From Acanthaster planci (Eukaryota): a stretch of 62,402 bases of DNA. The stretch covers positions 640,997-703,398 of the forward strand of contig NW_019091359.1 in assembly GCF_001949145.1 (NCBI RefSeq), in the 5' to 3' direction. The translations under genes were made by a program, and so were the position numbers. How positions within the stretch are numbered: position 1 is the stretch's first letter; each line of letters starts with the position of its first letter. Under the pieces are notes generated by a model that was not told where the DNA came from, did not search any database, and saw only the letters and a list, made by a program, of their open reading frames with translations. Positions 23,594-35,668 of the stretch are shown here, one piece after another.

Positions 23594-25535
23594 TTAATGC
23601 TCGATGAGGTGGTCGAGTTGTTCAAAGGTGACTCTGTACTTGCTCAGCAACAGTTCATACGTAGCCTCTAAGATAGCAAACAAGTGGTCCATCATCTCAC
23701 TCACCATCTCACTCGAACTACCTGTTGTCACGAAGCATACTGGTTCCTCGAAGTTCGGCACGTTACTTGCCACGCTGCAACTCAATACTTCGTGGCGATT
23801 TTCCCACGTACGTTTTACGCCTGGCCGTTGGAGTTGAGTTGGCACCCTTTGAAAGTAGGACTCGAAATCAAACGTGGCACGGTACGGGTATATACGATGA
23901 TCGCGAAGGACATTTACACCAAGATCAGTCAGTTTGTCAAATACCGTTTGAGGTAGATGGTACGCACCACCTGGAAACTTATGTTTGACATTCGATTCAC
24001 ACGTGATTTCGTGGCGGTGCAAATTGTAAGCCTTATTAAAACACTGACCACACTTTACGCAAGCGTACGATTTGCTATANNNNNNNNNNNNNNNNNNNNN
24101 NNNNNNNNNNNNNNNNNNNNNNNNNNNNNNNNNNNNNNNNNNNNNNNNNNNNNNNNNNNNNNNNNNNNNNNNNNNNNNNNNNNNNNNNNNNNNNNNNNNN
24201 NNNNNNNNNNNNNNNNNNNNNNNNNNNNNNNNNNNNNNNNNNNNNNNNNNNNNNNNNNNNNNNNNNNNNNNNNNNNNNNNNNNNNNNNNNNNNNNNNNNN
24301 NNNNNNNNNNNNNNNNNNNNNNNNNNNNNNNNNNNNNNNNNNNNNNNNNNNNNNNNNNNNNNNNNNNNNNNNNNNNNNNNNNNNNNNNNNNNNNNNNNNN
24401 NNNNNNNNNNNNNNNNNNNNNNNNNNNNNNNNNNNNNNNNNNNNNNNNNNNNNNNNNNNNNNNNNNNNNNNNNNNNNNNNNNNNNNNNNNNNNNNNNNNN
24501 NNNNNNNNNNNNNNNNNNNNNNNNNNNNNNNNNNNNNNNNNNNNNNNNNNNNNNNNNNNNNNNNNNNNNNNNNNNNNNNNNNNNNNNNNNNNNNNNNNNN
24601 NNNNNNNNNNNNNNNNNNNNNNNNNNNNNNNNNNNNNNNNNNNNNNNNNNNNNNNNNNNNNNNNNNNNNNNNNNNNNNNNNNNNNNCGCTTGCGATGACA
24701 GATGGTTCTTCGAAAAAACGCACATTATTGTAGCAGGGATGAAAATACCACTGCTCACCGGTAGATAAGTGGCGCAAAACCAAACCAAACGACACATTGA
24801 CTTTCACCCGTCGGTGAAGTCGATGAAATACTGCCCTTAAGGCAGCCTCTATATCAACAGGTGCCCCAATACTTCGCGATCCAATAAGTCTAAAATTATA
24901 TGTGTCCTGCACTGGACGGTCAGTTGCATGGCGAGTTCGTATCGAGGCCCAATGTTCATGCAGGAAACTGTTCAGTTCATGATCTTCCTCATCATCAGCT
25001 CTGGTAACTCTCTCCACTGGATAGAGTCACGAGTCCCCCAACATGGGGTCAGCAAAACGAGGAGGATCGCATTGAGTAGGAGCTTGGGGTACCGGAGGCG
25101 CAGCCGGGGGAGGAGATGCCGGCGGTAGGGGAGGTACTGGAGAAGGGTTTTCTGGTGTGTCAGGCCGGTGAGCAGTTCTGATGTGGCGTCTCAAGTTATC
25201 TCGCCTAGTGAATGTTTTGCCGCAGGTCTCGCACGTGAAGGGTTGCCTGGGGCCTTGTGCTAGTGGTGCCAGTGGTTGTGCCGCAACTGGCTGGTTCGGT
25301 GCATCTCGTTGCAGGGGGCTCGTTGGTGATGCCTTAAACTGTCGCGCCGACCAAAAATCTTGTCGCACTGCTGACATCTGAAAGTGTTTGTAGCAGGTGC
25401 ATCTTGGACATGACGCAGTCGTCTGTGCCTGTTCATGGCGAACTTCCGCGTGAAGGTTTTCTCGCAGTCAGGACAGGCGTACCGTGCACGGGGAGCTGGA
25501 GCAGGTTGTCCGACAACTGTGTCGATATTTTCATC
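23594..25535 (-). pseudogene. Polinton segment P2: N-terminal part of a second-lineage pPolB with three C2H2 zinc fingers (spans N gap)
   Basis: YACPDCEKTFTRKFAMNRHRRLRH, FRCQQCDKIFGRRDSLRHHQR, FTCETCGKTFTRRDNLRRHIRTAH; then KVNVSFGLVLRH..YFHP, FPGGAY, YPYRATFDFESY, SCSVASNVPNFEEPVCFV; homologous to the P3 polB N-terminus. Confidence 0.85.
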
Positions 25536-26299
25536 CTTGAAAGAACGGAAAATGAAAGAAAAAAAAGGTTAATATATATAAACATATACGCGACGCCCTC
25601 CGAAAATGAGAGTGCGGGGCGTGGGGAACGACGCTGCGTGGGGAAGCGACGCCAAAATGAGAATGATGACAATATCGTCTCATTCGGATTACGATGAAGT
25701 GAAGTCGATCTGCTCTAAATTACTGGTATTGCTTCCCGTGGAAAAGTGTTCTTGGTTTCATTAAATTATCTCAACTGCATTTTGAAACTTAAATTCTGAT
25801 ATTTCATCCGAGACACTAAGGTGCCCTTATTTATTTTCATATTCCTTTTACATACGCTCCACATTCGTTTTTTTCTCATGTTCAAATACTGATGCGATGC
25901 CATGTTTATGTAGTTTCCACATTTATATAAAACTCCTAGAAAATATCAAATTAAGAGTTAAAATAATGAAGTTTACGCCAACATCATCACAAACTAACAC
26001 ACTGAAGAATTTCTCATTTTTTTCATTTTCTCATTTATTGATTTATTTAGTGAAAACACTGATTCAAAGAATTTACAACTTGACCCACCACCTTAGATTA
26101 ATCAATATCATTAAAACTGCTTGAAAACATGAAAATAATTAGCTCAATTTGGGGACAGCAACCAATTCGAAAATTGATTAACATGTACGAACTGAAATCT
26201 AGAAATTCTAACTGTTACGATAGGTCATTTCAAGAATTACTCTATAAGATCAACTGCGTGCTGAACAAGGTCACTAGTGTGGTTGAAGAAAGGAGAGTA

Positions 26300-27056
26300 A
26301 AAGGAAATGGCAATGTCTGTGAGATCACTCCATCGCCTCTTCGAAATAATCTTGCACAAAATCATCAATACGGCACTCGGGGTTCATACCAAAGAACAGG
26401 CATGCGTGGTCCCACTGACTCGTCCAGTCCTCCTCGCATCCTTGGCAGCCTTGTTGGTCTTGCGCCTGATATACTAACTTAAGTATCTCGTCCGTGATGA
26501 GCTTGGTTAGGATGCGCTTAGTTAGTCTTCTCACCCTTGCCCTTCGATCGGTGATGGGTCTTATGTGCAGGATCTGTGACGTGTAGAAGAAAACAAAATT
26601 GAGAGCGTGAGCGCTGATATTCCACGATGATTTAGACCATGCCTATGGCCTCGGTGATTGCCTTACTCTGCTCGGTCACCTTCATCCATTCTTCAGCCGT
26701 CAAATTTAGTCCCTTCTTTCCCGCCAGTAGTTCAGTTTTGTCCGGGTTGAAATAATATTCTCTGATGTTCACGTACACTTGCCCTGGAAACGCTTGACGT
26801 AAACATACCGCTCACCTCCGATTGGCAACCTGACGGCATCCATCTCGTTTTCCTCTCCGTCAGCATCTGGGTTGAGCTTTCTCCTCTTACCACCACGGTC
26901 CTCGTCAGCATCTGGGTTGAGCTTTCTCTTGCTCCCAACTTTTCCCTTCACAAATGGGGGCTGGGTGAAATCCGCAGAGCCGGTCAGCTCTGCCATGGCA
27001 GCTTCCAACAAGTCCACCGAAGGCCCAGCGTTCGCCTGACTCTCTTCCCGTTGCAT
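26300..27056 (-). pseudogene. Polinton P2 accessory gene: PC4/Sub1-like ssDNA-binding domain followed by a CxxC...HxC domain
   Basis: RLPIGGERYVYVKRFQGK/(frameshift)VNIREYYF..LAGKKGLNLTAEEW is the PC4 signature; downstream CQGCEEDWTSQWDHAC. Confidence 0.78.
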
Positions 27057-27379
27057 TGGTTGTTCGGTCGGGATGGACCACTGGCTAACTCGGGAGAAAA
27101 TATTGTAGTAATATGGCCGCTTCTCAGTCGTGCTGTAAGCTTCTCGCCAGCCTTTTTTTCACTTGGATATGGGTCAACTTTTTCGCACAGTCAAACGGTT
27201 CCCTTTCCAAATCACAAGTTGGGGAAGGTGGAGGTACACTAGGTCCTGGTAGAGAGTCCATCATTTGTTTCTGGTAGGATTGTTATCTGTTCAGTCGCTA
27301 GCGTAGGTAAACATTGCATTTTGCTTTAGCTAGTTATAAGTGTCCTAAAGATAAATCATATCAGTAATTTTGTTCTAAT

Positions 27380-27860
27380 TCATTGTATTCGATCTGCGAA
27401 GCTCAATAAAATTTTTTAAACTGTATATTGCCCACTGACCACTTAAGGGATGTTCTGGTGAGTCCCGGTTGGTTTTAGGCACCATATGTCGTGTTTTATT
27501 TCCCGCCATTTTCGTATTTATCTATTTTCTGTATTATATTTTATATATTTGTTTTCTCGCCAGTCTCCCTCCTCTCCCTAATCGCCACTTCGTGGCTCAA
27601 AATGGAGACCCTCCGTTCCTCCGGGTCTGTAGCGTCCACTTCGTGACTTCGTCACTCGTTCCCAAACTGGCTAAGGCCAGTTCATCACTACCGTGAGGTA
27701 ACGCCCACCACGCCACTACGTGGCTCGGCTTGAGTCCCTCTGTTCCTCCGGGACTCTACTCAACCCGAGACATCGACACCTGATATAAACACCCACCTGA
27801 CAACTCAATTTATTGGCTCAGACCAGACCGACGCGTAATGGACACGGGTGGCCTTGAGTG
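27380..27860 (+). mobile_element. Diverged terminal fragment related to the Ngaro-type repeat at 45300/55050
   Basis: AATAAA..TATATTGCCCACTGACCAC..GAGTCCCGGTTGGTTTTAGGCACC (27406-27484) aligns with TATATCGCCCGTTGACCGC..GAGTTCCGGTTGGTTTTAGGCACC (55201-55258). Boundaries approximate. Confidence 0.5.
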
Positions 27861-28789
27861 CTGGTTTAATTTCCTTTGGCAATGAGCTTCAAGAGCATTG
27901 ATTTTTGAGTAGCATTCTGACAGAATGATTGATTGATGAACTACAACCTTATATCAGCACTTGAAACTTGGACATCATGGGTAATACAAGAGTAATATTG
28001 CTTGAACTTCTTTTTGTCTTGATCACTGCTGTAGTTACTGGTGTTGAAGATGACTGGGTTATTCATGTCAACAATCTGGTCCTTCATGAACTTGTTATAG
28101 ACAGTGGCTTTTTTGGGGTCTAATTAGTTTGCAGTGTATGTACTTCGGGAACTTTGCCAAAGAAATAGCACTGATGTGAATTTTGTTGATGTAGAGACGA
28201 CACTTTGTAGACTAGTTTCCAAAATTATGAGAGTTGTAAGCCAAGTCACCGAAGCAGCAAAGGCTGGGGGAAAACATCTGCAGTTGGCCAAGTCAAAGTT
28301 GTGGAAATCCACATATGCAAGTACTCTTGGGGGTGCAAAGAGAAAAATTCACCATGAGATTAAAAGTGAATGGAAAAGGCAGAAGTCTAATAGTTGAAGA
28401 AAAATACACAAAAGGCCAAAGAAAAAGCGGGTAAACTGAAAAGGCTAGCAAATGATGCAATGACCAGTGTAACTCGGGCAAGAAGGTTGGTAAACAGTCT
28501 TCTTAAAAGAAGAATATCCCGGAAAAGAAACGCCGTAAGAAAGGCTGCCTACTGCACCAGCCGGTTAAGCCAAGGAAAAGGTCACTGTCTCTAGAGATGC
28601 AGTACGTGTGGGACCTCCTCGGTAGGATGGTCTTTTCCCAAAGCAGTTAATGGTTGCGAATGGATATGGAAATATTGTTGAATTTGTGACACTAAATTCA
28701 TCAGCGGATTTAGAATCCAAACCCACAATAGACCAAATGCTATTTGTGTAAGATCTCTATAGCATATCAAATTTATTCTACTAAGAACT

Positions 28790-29570
28790 TGTTCTGTCAT
28801 GTGCTCAACTGCCTTTATACTCAAACATGAACTGCTCGAGCAGGCAGAAATTCATATGGATTGTTTTTGAATATTTATAAATCCAAGGCTATGCTTTTTA
28901 AATCACCAAAGAACAAATCTCATAGTTTTAATATTATACTCATCAGTGATGTTTTAGAGACAGTCAGTGAATTGAAATACCTTGGTCTTCTGCACTGTTG
29001 GAATCTAAAGTGGAACAAGCATATAGATGCCTTGTGTAACAAAAACTTGGTATGCTTAAGGGATTCCGTCAAGTTGTTAACCAATCAGCCCTGCAGATAC
29101 TCATTAACACTCTCATTCTTCCCCACCGTACATTACTGTCTCGCAGTCTGATGCAATCCCTCTGAAAAATATCTTAGAATGATTTGGATTCTTCAAAACT
29201 GGGCGGCCAGACTAGTACTAGGCTGCCAAACTCAAGATTTTCATATTGTTGATTTGCTTGTCAAGCTTGGCTGGATGAATATTAATCAACGTTAATGTGT
29301 ACTTTCATGCCACTTTGATATAAAACTGGATCACCTAACTCCTCAGTATTTGTCTTCCAAGATCCATTCTCATTTACAAGCTTATTCCTGCATCATCCAC
29401 TTCAAGTACCATAATATTGTGTAGACTTTAGCCAACACTAACTATGGCAAGCATTTATTCACATTCTCTGGTGGCCATATCTGGAATGACCTCCTATTAA
29501 ATATAAAAGAATCTCGGTCAACATCTCTCTTTAAGCACAGTCTTAAGCAGCATATTCTAAACAATATTTT
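28790..29570 (+). mobile_element. CR1/L2 LINE fragment (RT C-terminal region), degraded
   Basis: LNIYKSKAMLF, ELKYLG, NLKWNKHID, LQNWAARLVLG, LGWMNINQR, YGKHLFTFSGGHIWNDL. Confidence 0.85.
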
Positions 29571-30179
29571 TGTTGGAAATCAGGATGTTTTTGTTTTCTG
29601 TTATTCCTCTTTGATTTTAATGACACAACTTTGACGCAACCACTTTTGAACTCAATCTTTATAATTGTTATACAATTCACCTTCTAACATGAATTGATTC
29701 TAGTTCTTATCTGTATATTTTCAGGAAGCTGAAGACGTGTTTAGATGTTTAAGTAAAGCCCATTTTCCCGTATTCACCGTGCTATGTTTGCTTTTGTTCT
29801 TATTTATTTGTACATTTGTAATTATGTGTAAATTTACTTTGAAGTTTTGATGTGAGGGATCTTTTAGAAAGCATTTTCAGTTAAACTGAAAGCTCTACCG
29901 TCGTTAAAGATTACAATAAACAAAAAATAAATAAAAGTCAAGCATTTTTTGTCATTGTGGACTGAACAACAGAAAGACAGGGTGACTGCAAGTGTGGTTG
30001 GAGATTGCATTGGGACTGTGAATGATGATGGCACTCTCTACAGGCATTCCCATGAGGCTAGAGAACTAGAATACTATGGTTCACCTTGATCGACAGCCCA
30101 CATTTGGTATAAAATGCAAGAACTAGTGGCCAAGAAGAAGTATGGCTTGCATGGCATAGACTCCATTACTAACACAAAT

Positions 30180-30429
30180 GTGACCCACTCTGTAAAAATG
30201 AGTCTTAAGCTGCGGGAGCCACTTTCTGAGTTTTCCTTTGTATTGGAAAGCACAAATTGAGCTTTTTGTTTGATGTATCACTCAGTTTGGCATCCTGATA
30301 AAAGTGGATACTCCATGGTGACAAATGCTGTGGGTTCCTGTTGATTTACAAGGTGCAAAATTATTCTAAAGGACTTTCACTCCAAAGTGGCTCTGGTGAC
30401 TTAAGACTTGTTTTAGCAGAGCGGGTCAC
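30180..30429. mobile_element. MITE with AAAT target-site duplication (Sola-like)
   Basis: TIRs GTGACCCACTCTG..AAAATGAGTCTTAAG / CTTAAGACTTGTTTT..CAGAGCGGGTCAC; AAAT on both flanks. Confidence 0.8.
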
Positions 30430-33077
30430 AAATGTGTTTGTTGTGATGACATACAGTGGGACTTTGGATAAGGCCATGTCACTGCCTCTCCTGATGGCAT
30501 TGTGAGATGCAAAAAATGTGTAACTGGTCTCTTGGAGAGCAAGAACTCATACACATAAACTGCCTGGCAATGCAAAATTGTCAACTAAAGAAAGGTTGTT
30601 GCCTCACTATGGAGAGTGGGGCTTTCAAACTGAGATGCTGCCACCAATATTGCACTCAGTCTTATGCAAGTACAAAATGTGGTGTAAAGGATACAGGTGA
30701 TGTGACTTTGTTGTATGAACTGTGACTAAGTCTGACATCTTCGTTGAGCGTACAGTTTGAAGAGTATATCGCTATACAGCCCACACTCTATACTTTCTTA
30801 ATGAACAGAGTCATAGTTGAGCTCTCAAGAAGGGGCCATCCACAAAGTTGTTGTTGACAAATCTGTCTGCAAAGTGATAGATTCGATTCTAGCTTGTATT
30901 GATAAGAGTAGACCATCGCCATGCACTATGTAGCTTATCCTTGTAGGGTTTGTAATGAGGAATGTGAGAGTGATCCAGGAGAAGATGGCTGTACCAGGAT
31001 TGGCTCAGGCTGTGATGTATCTAACTGCTTCTTCCACCTTTGCTATTGGCATTAAGCATCAGAAGGATTTCTGAAGTAAAGAAAAGCAGCATGGAATTGT
31101 AGTACATGCAACTCCAAAACAAAGGGCAAGAAGGGGAACAGCAGTTAAGGGCTAGTTAAGTACCTGTATTCATGTAATTACATGTGAATTATGTAAAGCT
31201 TTACTAAGTTCACATCAATTAAACTTCGGTTGCAAAGTACAGCTCGGATCTTGAGGTACATGTATTTTTACGCCCCTGTAGAGTGAACATAAAATCCAGA
31301 ATCACTTTGAACTCATAAAAAAGACAATAAGGGTACAAGTTTTTTAGTTTACATTCTAAATGGACAAAACATTGGTTTATTTCATGTTTCTCTTCACATC
31401 TGTAGAAATAATACATGTACAAATAAAACTCATTAAGAGGCCATTTGGACTTCCCAAATTCTATGTGCCTTGTTACGACAGGAACCTTGCATTGTTAAAG
31501 AGTGGAAAACTTTTAATAACAAAGACTTTCAACCTGCTTTTTTGTTGCTGTAACAGGAACCCTGTATTAATAGTGCTCTTCTTATTTAGATTAGACTGTT
31601 TGCACAAAGTAAATGTCGCTACCTGATGTTACGTATATTACATACAGTGAAAGCTCCATCAGTCAATTCTGGTAACTCAAAACTCATGTTACCGGTAATT
31701 AATTCAACAAACATTCCAATGTCTTCAGTAATAATAACATAAAACCTGCTTAATTACTGAAAAATCTTAAATTTTGAACTTGTGCCCTTGGGGTTTGACT
31801 TAACAAGGTATCACTGCCATTGTCACAAGTACATTTATGTCCTTTCTCCACTAATTTACTAAATTATCTGCCAGTGTTATGGTAGCCTGTGATTTAATTA
31901 CTGAAAATTTTTGTCAGCATTTTGAAGTAAGACTTTAAACATGTTAATCATTCTCTTTGAATGTTAAGGAATATTCATCAAGCAGGCTCTTGTTCTGGTG
32001 GGACATATCCAACTGTATGCGCAAACGGTTAAAAAACAAAGTTTTTCTTCAAGTTCATGTTTAGTTACTTCGCATAGTAGTAAAAGTCACATGACAGATT
32101 GAAACACAGTGACTCGCACCTACTTGTTCAGGTGGGGCTTGTTTCCAATGGTAACTTTGAACGATAGATACACATGGTGGATAGTTGACAAGCATCCCAA
32201 GGAATTTTTCTGGGCCCACAGATGGCAAGTTTTGGGCAAGCGTGCCCCTGGTCTATGGCAAGTGTGCCAAACTTGTTTCTTAAATTAAAGGAAAACAAAA
32301 TAAATGGATGGGTGACCTGAAATGCCCAGAAAACCGAAAAACACTTGTGGTTATGCATATTGTCTAATGTGTTTTAGAGAATATTATTATTCTCAGTGTG
32401 TTGAATTTGTCTTCTCAAACTCACATTCAAGACAACTTTTTCTTAAAAATCAGATGGCTACCGATATGTTGAGTTCATTACTGCTTCTTTTAAAACAATT
32501 TCAGCTCTGTATAGAAAACATGATGCTAGATAATGATGGGCAAGTACTTCACGAATATAACAAGGGTGTCATTTTTTTCTGCCAAAGTGAACACCTACAG
32601 ATAAATGAGTCTTGTGAAAATATTCAAGTCACAATAACTTGAAAATACCCCTGGTGTTTTTATGGGTCTTATACATTTTTACACAGCTCTTTATTTCATT
32701 TGTTTCCAACAAAAATCTGGAGAAATGGTTTCAAAATCAGATTTTACCTGTAATAACTGTACGGTTGACACTTTTTTAAAAATCAAATCTGCAGCATATT
32801 GATCTAGTGCATGTGTGCTATTCTGAACTAAGTGGTGCACAAAGGCACGGGAGTGAACATACAATCCCCATTCCGTTACATTTGAGTGAGTGGATTTATG
32901 AAAGTCTGGAACCAATTACTGATGCAGCAGCCTCAATTGGCCTCGAATTGGAGGGTATTTTAATTGGCAATGGTTTCAGGGTTGCTGGACCACTGAATTA
33001 TTTGCGCTATCGCCATCTATTGGTTCTATCCCTTGACATGCAGTACACGTAGCGGTTACTTGCTGGGGCATGTCCTT

Positions 33078-33223
33078 TGTAATGAGACTACGAATGACCT
33101 CTGACCTGTACCGTCTGTATACCGTATTGTCAATGTCAGCCATGAACATGTAGCAGGAACAAAGCACATGCTGAGTGTCTGGACACTGTGTCTTTCTTAT
33201 GTCTGTCCCAGGATGTCATCACA
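33078..33223 (+). repeat. Gypsy 5' LTR (146 bp), followed by PBS TGGTGGCAGCAG
   Basis: TG...CA ends; 4 differences from the copy at 41255-41400; PBS resembles the complement of a tRNA-Leu 3' end. Confidence 0.92.
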
Positions 33224-33550
33224 TGGTGGCAGCAGCATAAGTGATCGATGTACAACATGAAGACGCAAAATATATAGCCCAAATGGACTGTGCTAGGCTA
33301 TATTCTGCGTGGCCAAATTCACGCTCTGTCGCGTACATGTCTCGTGTGTCACTACCGCTCGAGGCCCTAACGCTGCATCGCCGGTGCATACACTAACTAC
33401 ACCGTACTTTACACGCGTAGACTGTGCATCGCTACACATACGAGTGCAACGTGTGTCACGCTGGGGTAAGCACCAGTCGCCTGTATACACAAGTAACATG
33501 GCGGAGTCTAATTTTAGTCATGCAATACCGCATCCGACAATGGACTAGGN

Positions 33551-34900
33551 CTGCTGCAACAGTTTCCAAACATGTAAGTTAACTAGTCTCAGGTCTAAAA
33601 TGAGCCTCTTTTTCCCGTTGGCCTGAATTGAGACTGACAGTGGACTAATAACTTTTGGTTTGTCATTGCATAGGATGATTCTGCCTTCATTCAAAAACTG
33701 TAACATCGATTCTGATAGGAATTGGGAATATGTCATAGCAGAGCAGTTGTTTGCTTTGACGGATGGAACTGGAAAAGTTTAACTGGCAATTTATATCCTG
33801 TATTTATGACGTCTAATATAAATGTGTTATCACAATTATTTTGCCAAAATGCAATATTCCTGCGGAGATTTCCTTTGACTCGTTTTGCAACATCACCTTG
33901 CTCAAGTTCAAACTCTTAATGGTGTATAAAAACAAATTCTGAATACACGTACTAATCTTGCATTATCTTGTCTTTGCAGGACGTCTGCACTGTTAAATTT
34001 TGCCCTGGTCTAGTGGGTTCTGACATCTTTCGCTGAGGTGACACAAGTATGGGGCGCGGTAGTCTTGCCTGGTTGAGGGGGCACTCTTTCCTCCAATGTT
34101 CCGCTGATCCACATGCAAAGCATGCTTCTGGTCTTGCTTGTTTTCCGTATGCTGAAAAAGCGGCGTGTCTGTAGAAGACGCCTGGATTAGAACTGATGTA
34201 TGATATACGTGGTTGAACTGGGACGTGATGTATCGGCACTGTAGGGACGAAAACGATTGCTTCCTCTCTGAGATTTGGCTTTAATCTTCTTTAGGGCTCT
34301 TGACTCAGCACGGTTGATTCGTTTTTCGTCCTCGGAATTCGGAGGCGAGATCGTTAATCTCACACTGCTTGACGGTCTCCCTACTTGACCACCTTCGCTC
34401 GTATCTGCAAGCCTAATGAGCTTCTGTCTATTTGCAAGTTTCTTAGTGGCGGAATCTATGAGACTGGAGACCGAGCTAATGTCTCCTGCTTTGATTGCTT
34501 GTTGAGATTTAGCGAGGATTTCCATAAGATCTTTGTTGAAGTTGAATTACTTGTGATTGCCTTCTCTCTTCCATTTTGTAGTTGTTGCCGTTTTGATCTT
34601 CGATAGCTAGGAGTCTTGTTGGCATTGTTGCATCTCCGCGCGTAGTACAGCGCATGACTCCTTTATCGTGTTCTGTAGTTCGCTTGTCGTGCTTTGGAAC
34701 GTCATAAGGAGTCGTTCTGCGTTGCCCGTATTGGATTCCATGATTGAGTGGATCGACTGACTGATGATAAACGAGAATGTAATCGTCTGTCGGTATGCAG
34801 ATGGCAATTCACGCTTACACGACGCCTTATATATCCGGCATTTACCTCTCACAACCATAACTCTCCGCGCAGCGGAGTAATATTCTTAAGACCTAATTTT
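33551..34900 (-). mobile_element. DIRS-type (tyrosine recombinase) retrotransposon fragment: gag-like ORF with zinc knuckle and 5' part of RT
   Basis: KWKREGN..FN, NRQKLIRLADTSEGG, SEDEKRINRAESRA, CFACGSAEHWRKECP; RT start DVINTGYKLP..VISPLSVSIQANGKKRLILDLRLVN. Confidence 0.85.
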
Positions 34901-34964
34901 CGTACTAATTCACTGCCCCGTTCAACCATACGAAAATACATGTATAATATGCTTTCTTAATACT

Positions 34965-35430
34965 CTCTTTGTAATCGCCCAACGTTCAAAGTTTGGCGCC
35001 ATTTCGCCGTCATTCAAAGGGTATGAACAATACAGGACTTAAGCCGACTGCTACTCCTAATTGCAATCACCCTACGTTCAAATCACGGTGCCATTTGGCC
35101 GTCATTAAAAGGGTATAAACAATACAGGGCTTAAACCGGCTGCTACTCCTAACATGTCGCCATTTCGCCGTCAATAAATGGGTATGAACAATACAGGGCT
35201 TAAGCCGACTGCCAATTCTAATTGCAATTACCCTACGTTCAAAGCACGTTGCCATTTGGCCGTCATTAAAAGGGTATGAACCATACAGGGCTTAAGCCCA
35301 CTTCTGCTCCGAACACATTACCATTTGGCCGTCATTAAAAAGGTGTGAACAATACAGGGCTTAATTAAACCTACTGCATGAGTGCTACCCCTAATTGTAA
35401 TTGCCCGACGTTCAAAGAACGGTGCAACGA
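34965..35430. repeat. Short satellite with alternating ~92-bp and ~69-bp units (~161-bp dimer)
   Basis: Core CCATTT(C/G)GCCGTCATTAAAAGGGTATGAACAATACAGGGCTTAA recurs at about 34998, 35090, 35159, 35251 and 35320. Confidence 0.85.
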
Positions 35431-35668
35431 AGGGTAATATTCACCTTTATTAAACCCAAGATACATGTAATGTAACATACGAAGACTAAATCATGGATGG
35501 CTTTCTCCAGTTCTCCTTAAGGTTATGGTACCATAAATTCGTACGCGCTATGAGTTACATTACATCGCTGACAGGCAATGATAATATTACATCTGTGCAT
35601 CGCTACACATACGAGTGCAACGTGTGTCACGCTGAGGTAAGCACCAGTCGCCTACATATAGAAATAAC

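Larger units (their letters stand above)
28100..31148 (+). pseudogene. Degraded, probably transposon-derived ORF with basic coiled-coil and C-terminal PHD-like finger, interrupted by a LINE and a MITE
   Basis: Lys/Arg-rich ORFs 28134-28594; frame is restored across the 30180-30429 MITE (GLHGIDSITNT|NVFVVMTYSG); YPCRVCNEEC...GCDVSNCFFHL...WNCSTC at 30936-31111. Confidence 0.4.

Noticed and set aside
23957..25017. Long ORFs of 208-320 aa in the ORF track
   Set aside because: Length is an artefact of reading through the N gap; only the flanking - strand parts are real polB sequence.
34965..35430. Possible CRISPR-like repeat-spacer array
   Set aside because: Linkers are homologous to one another in alternation; no unique spacers and no cas genes.
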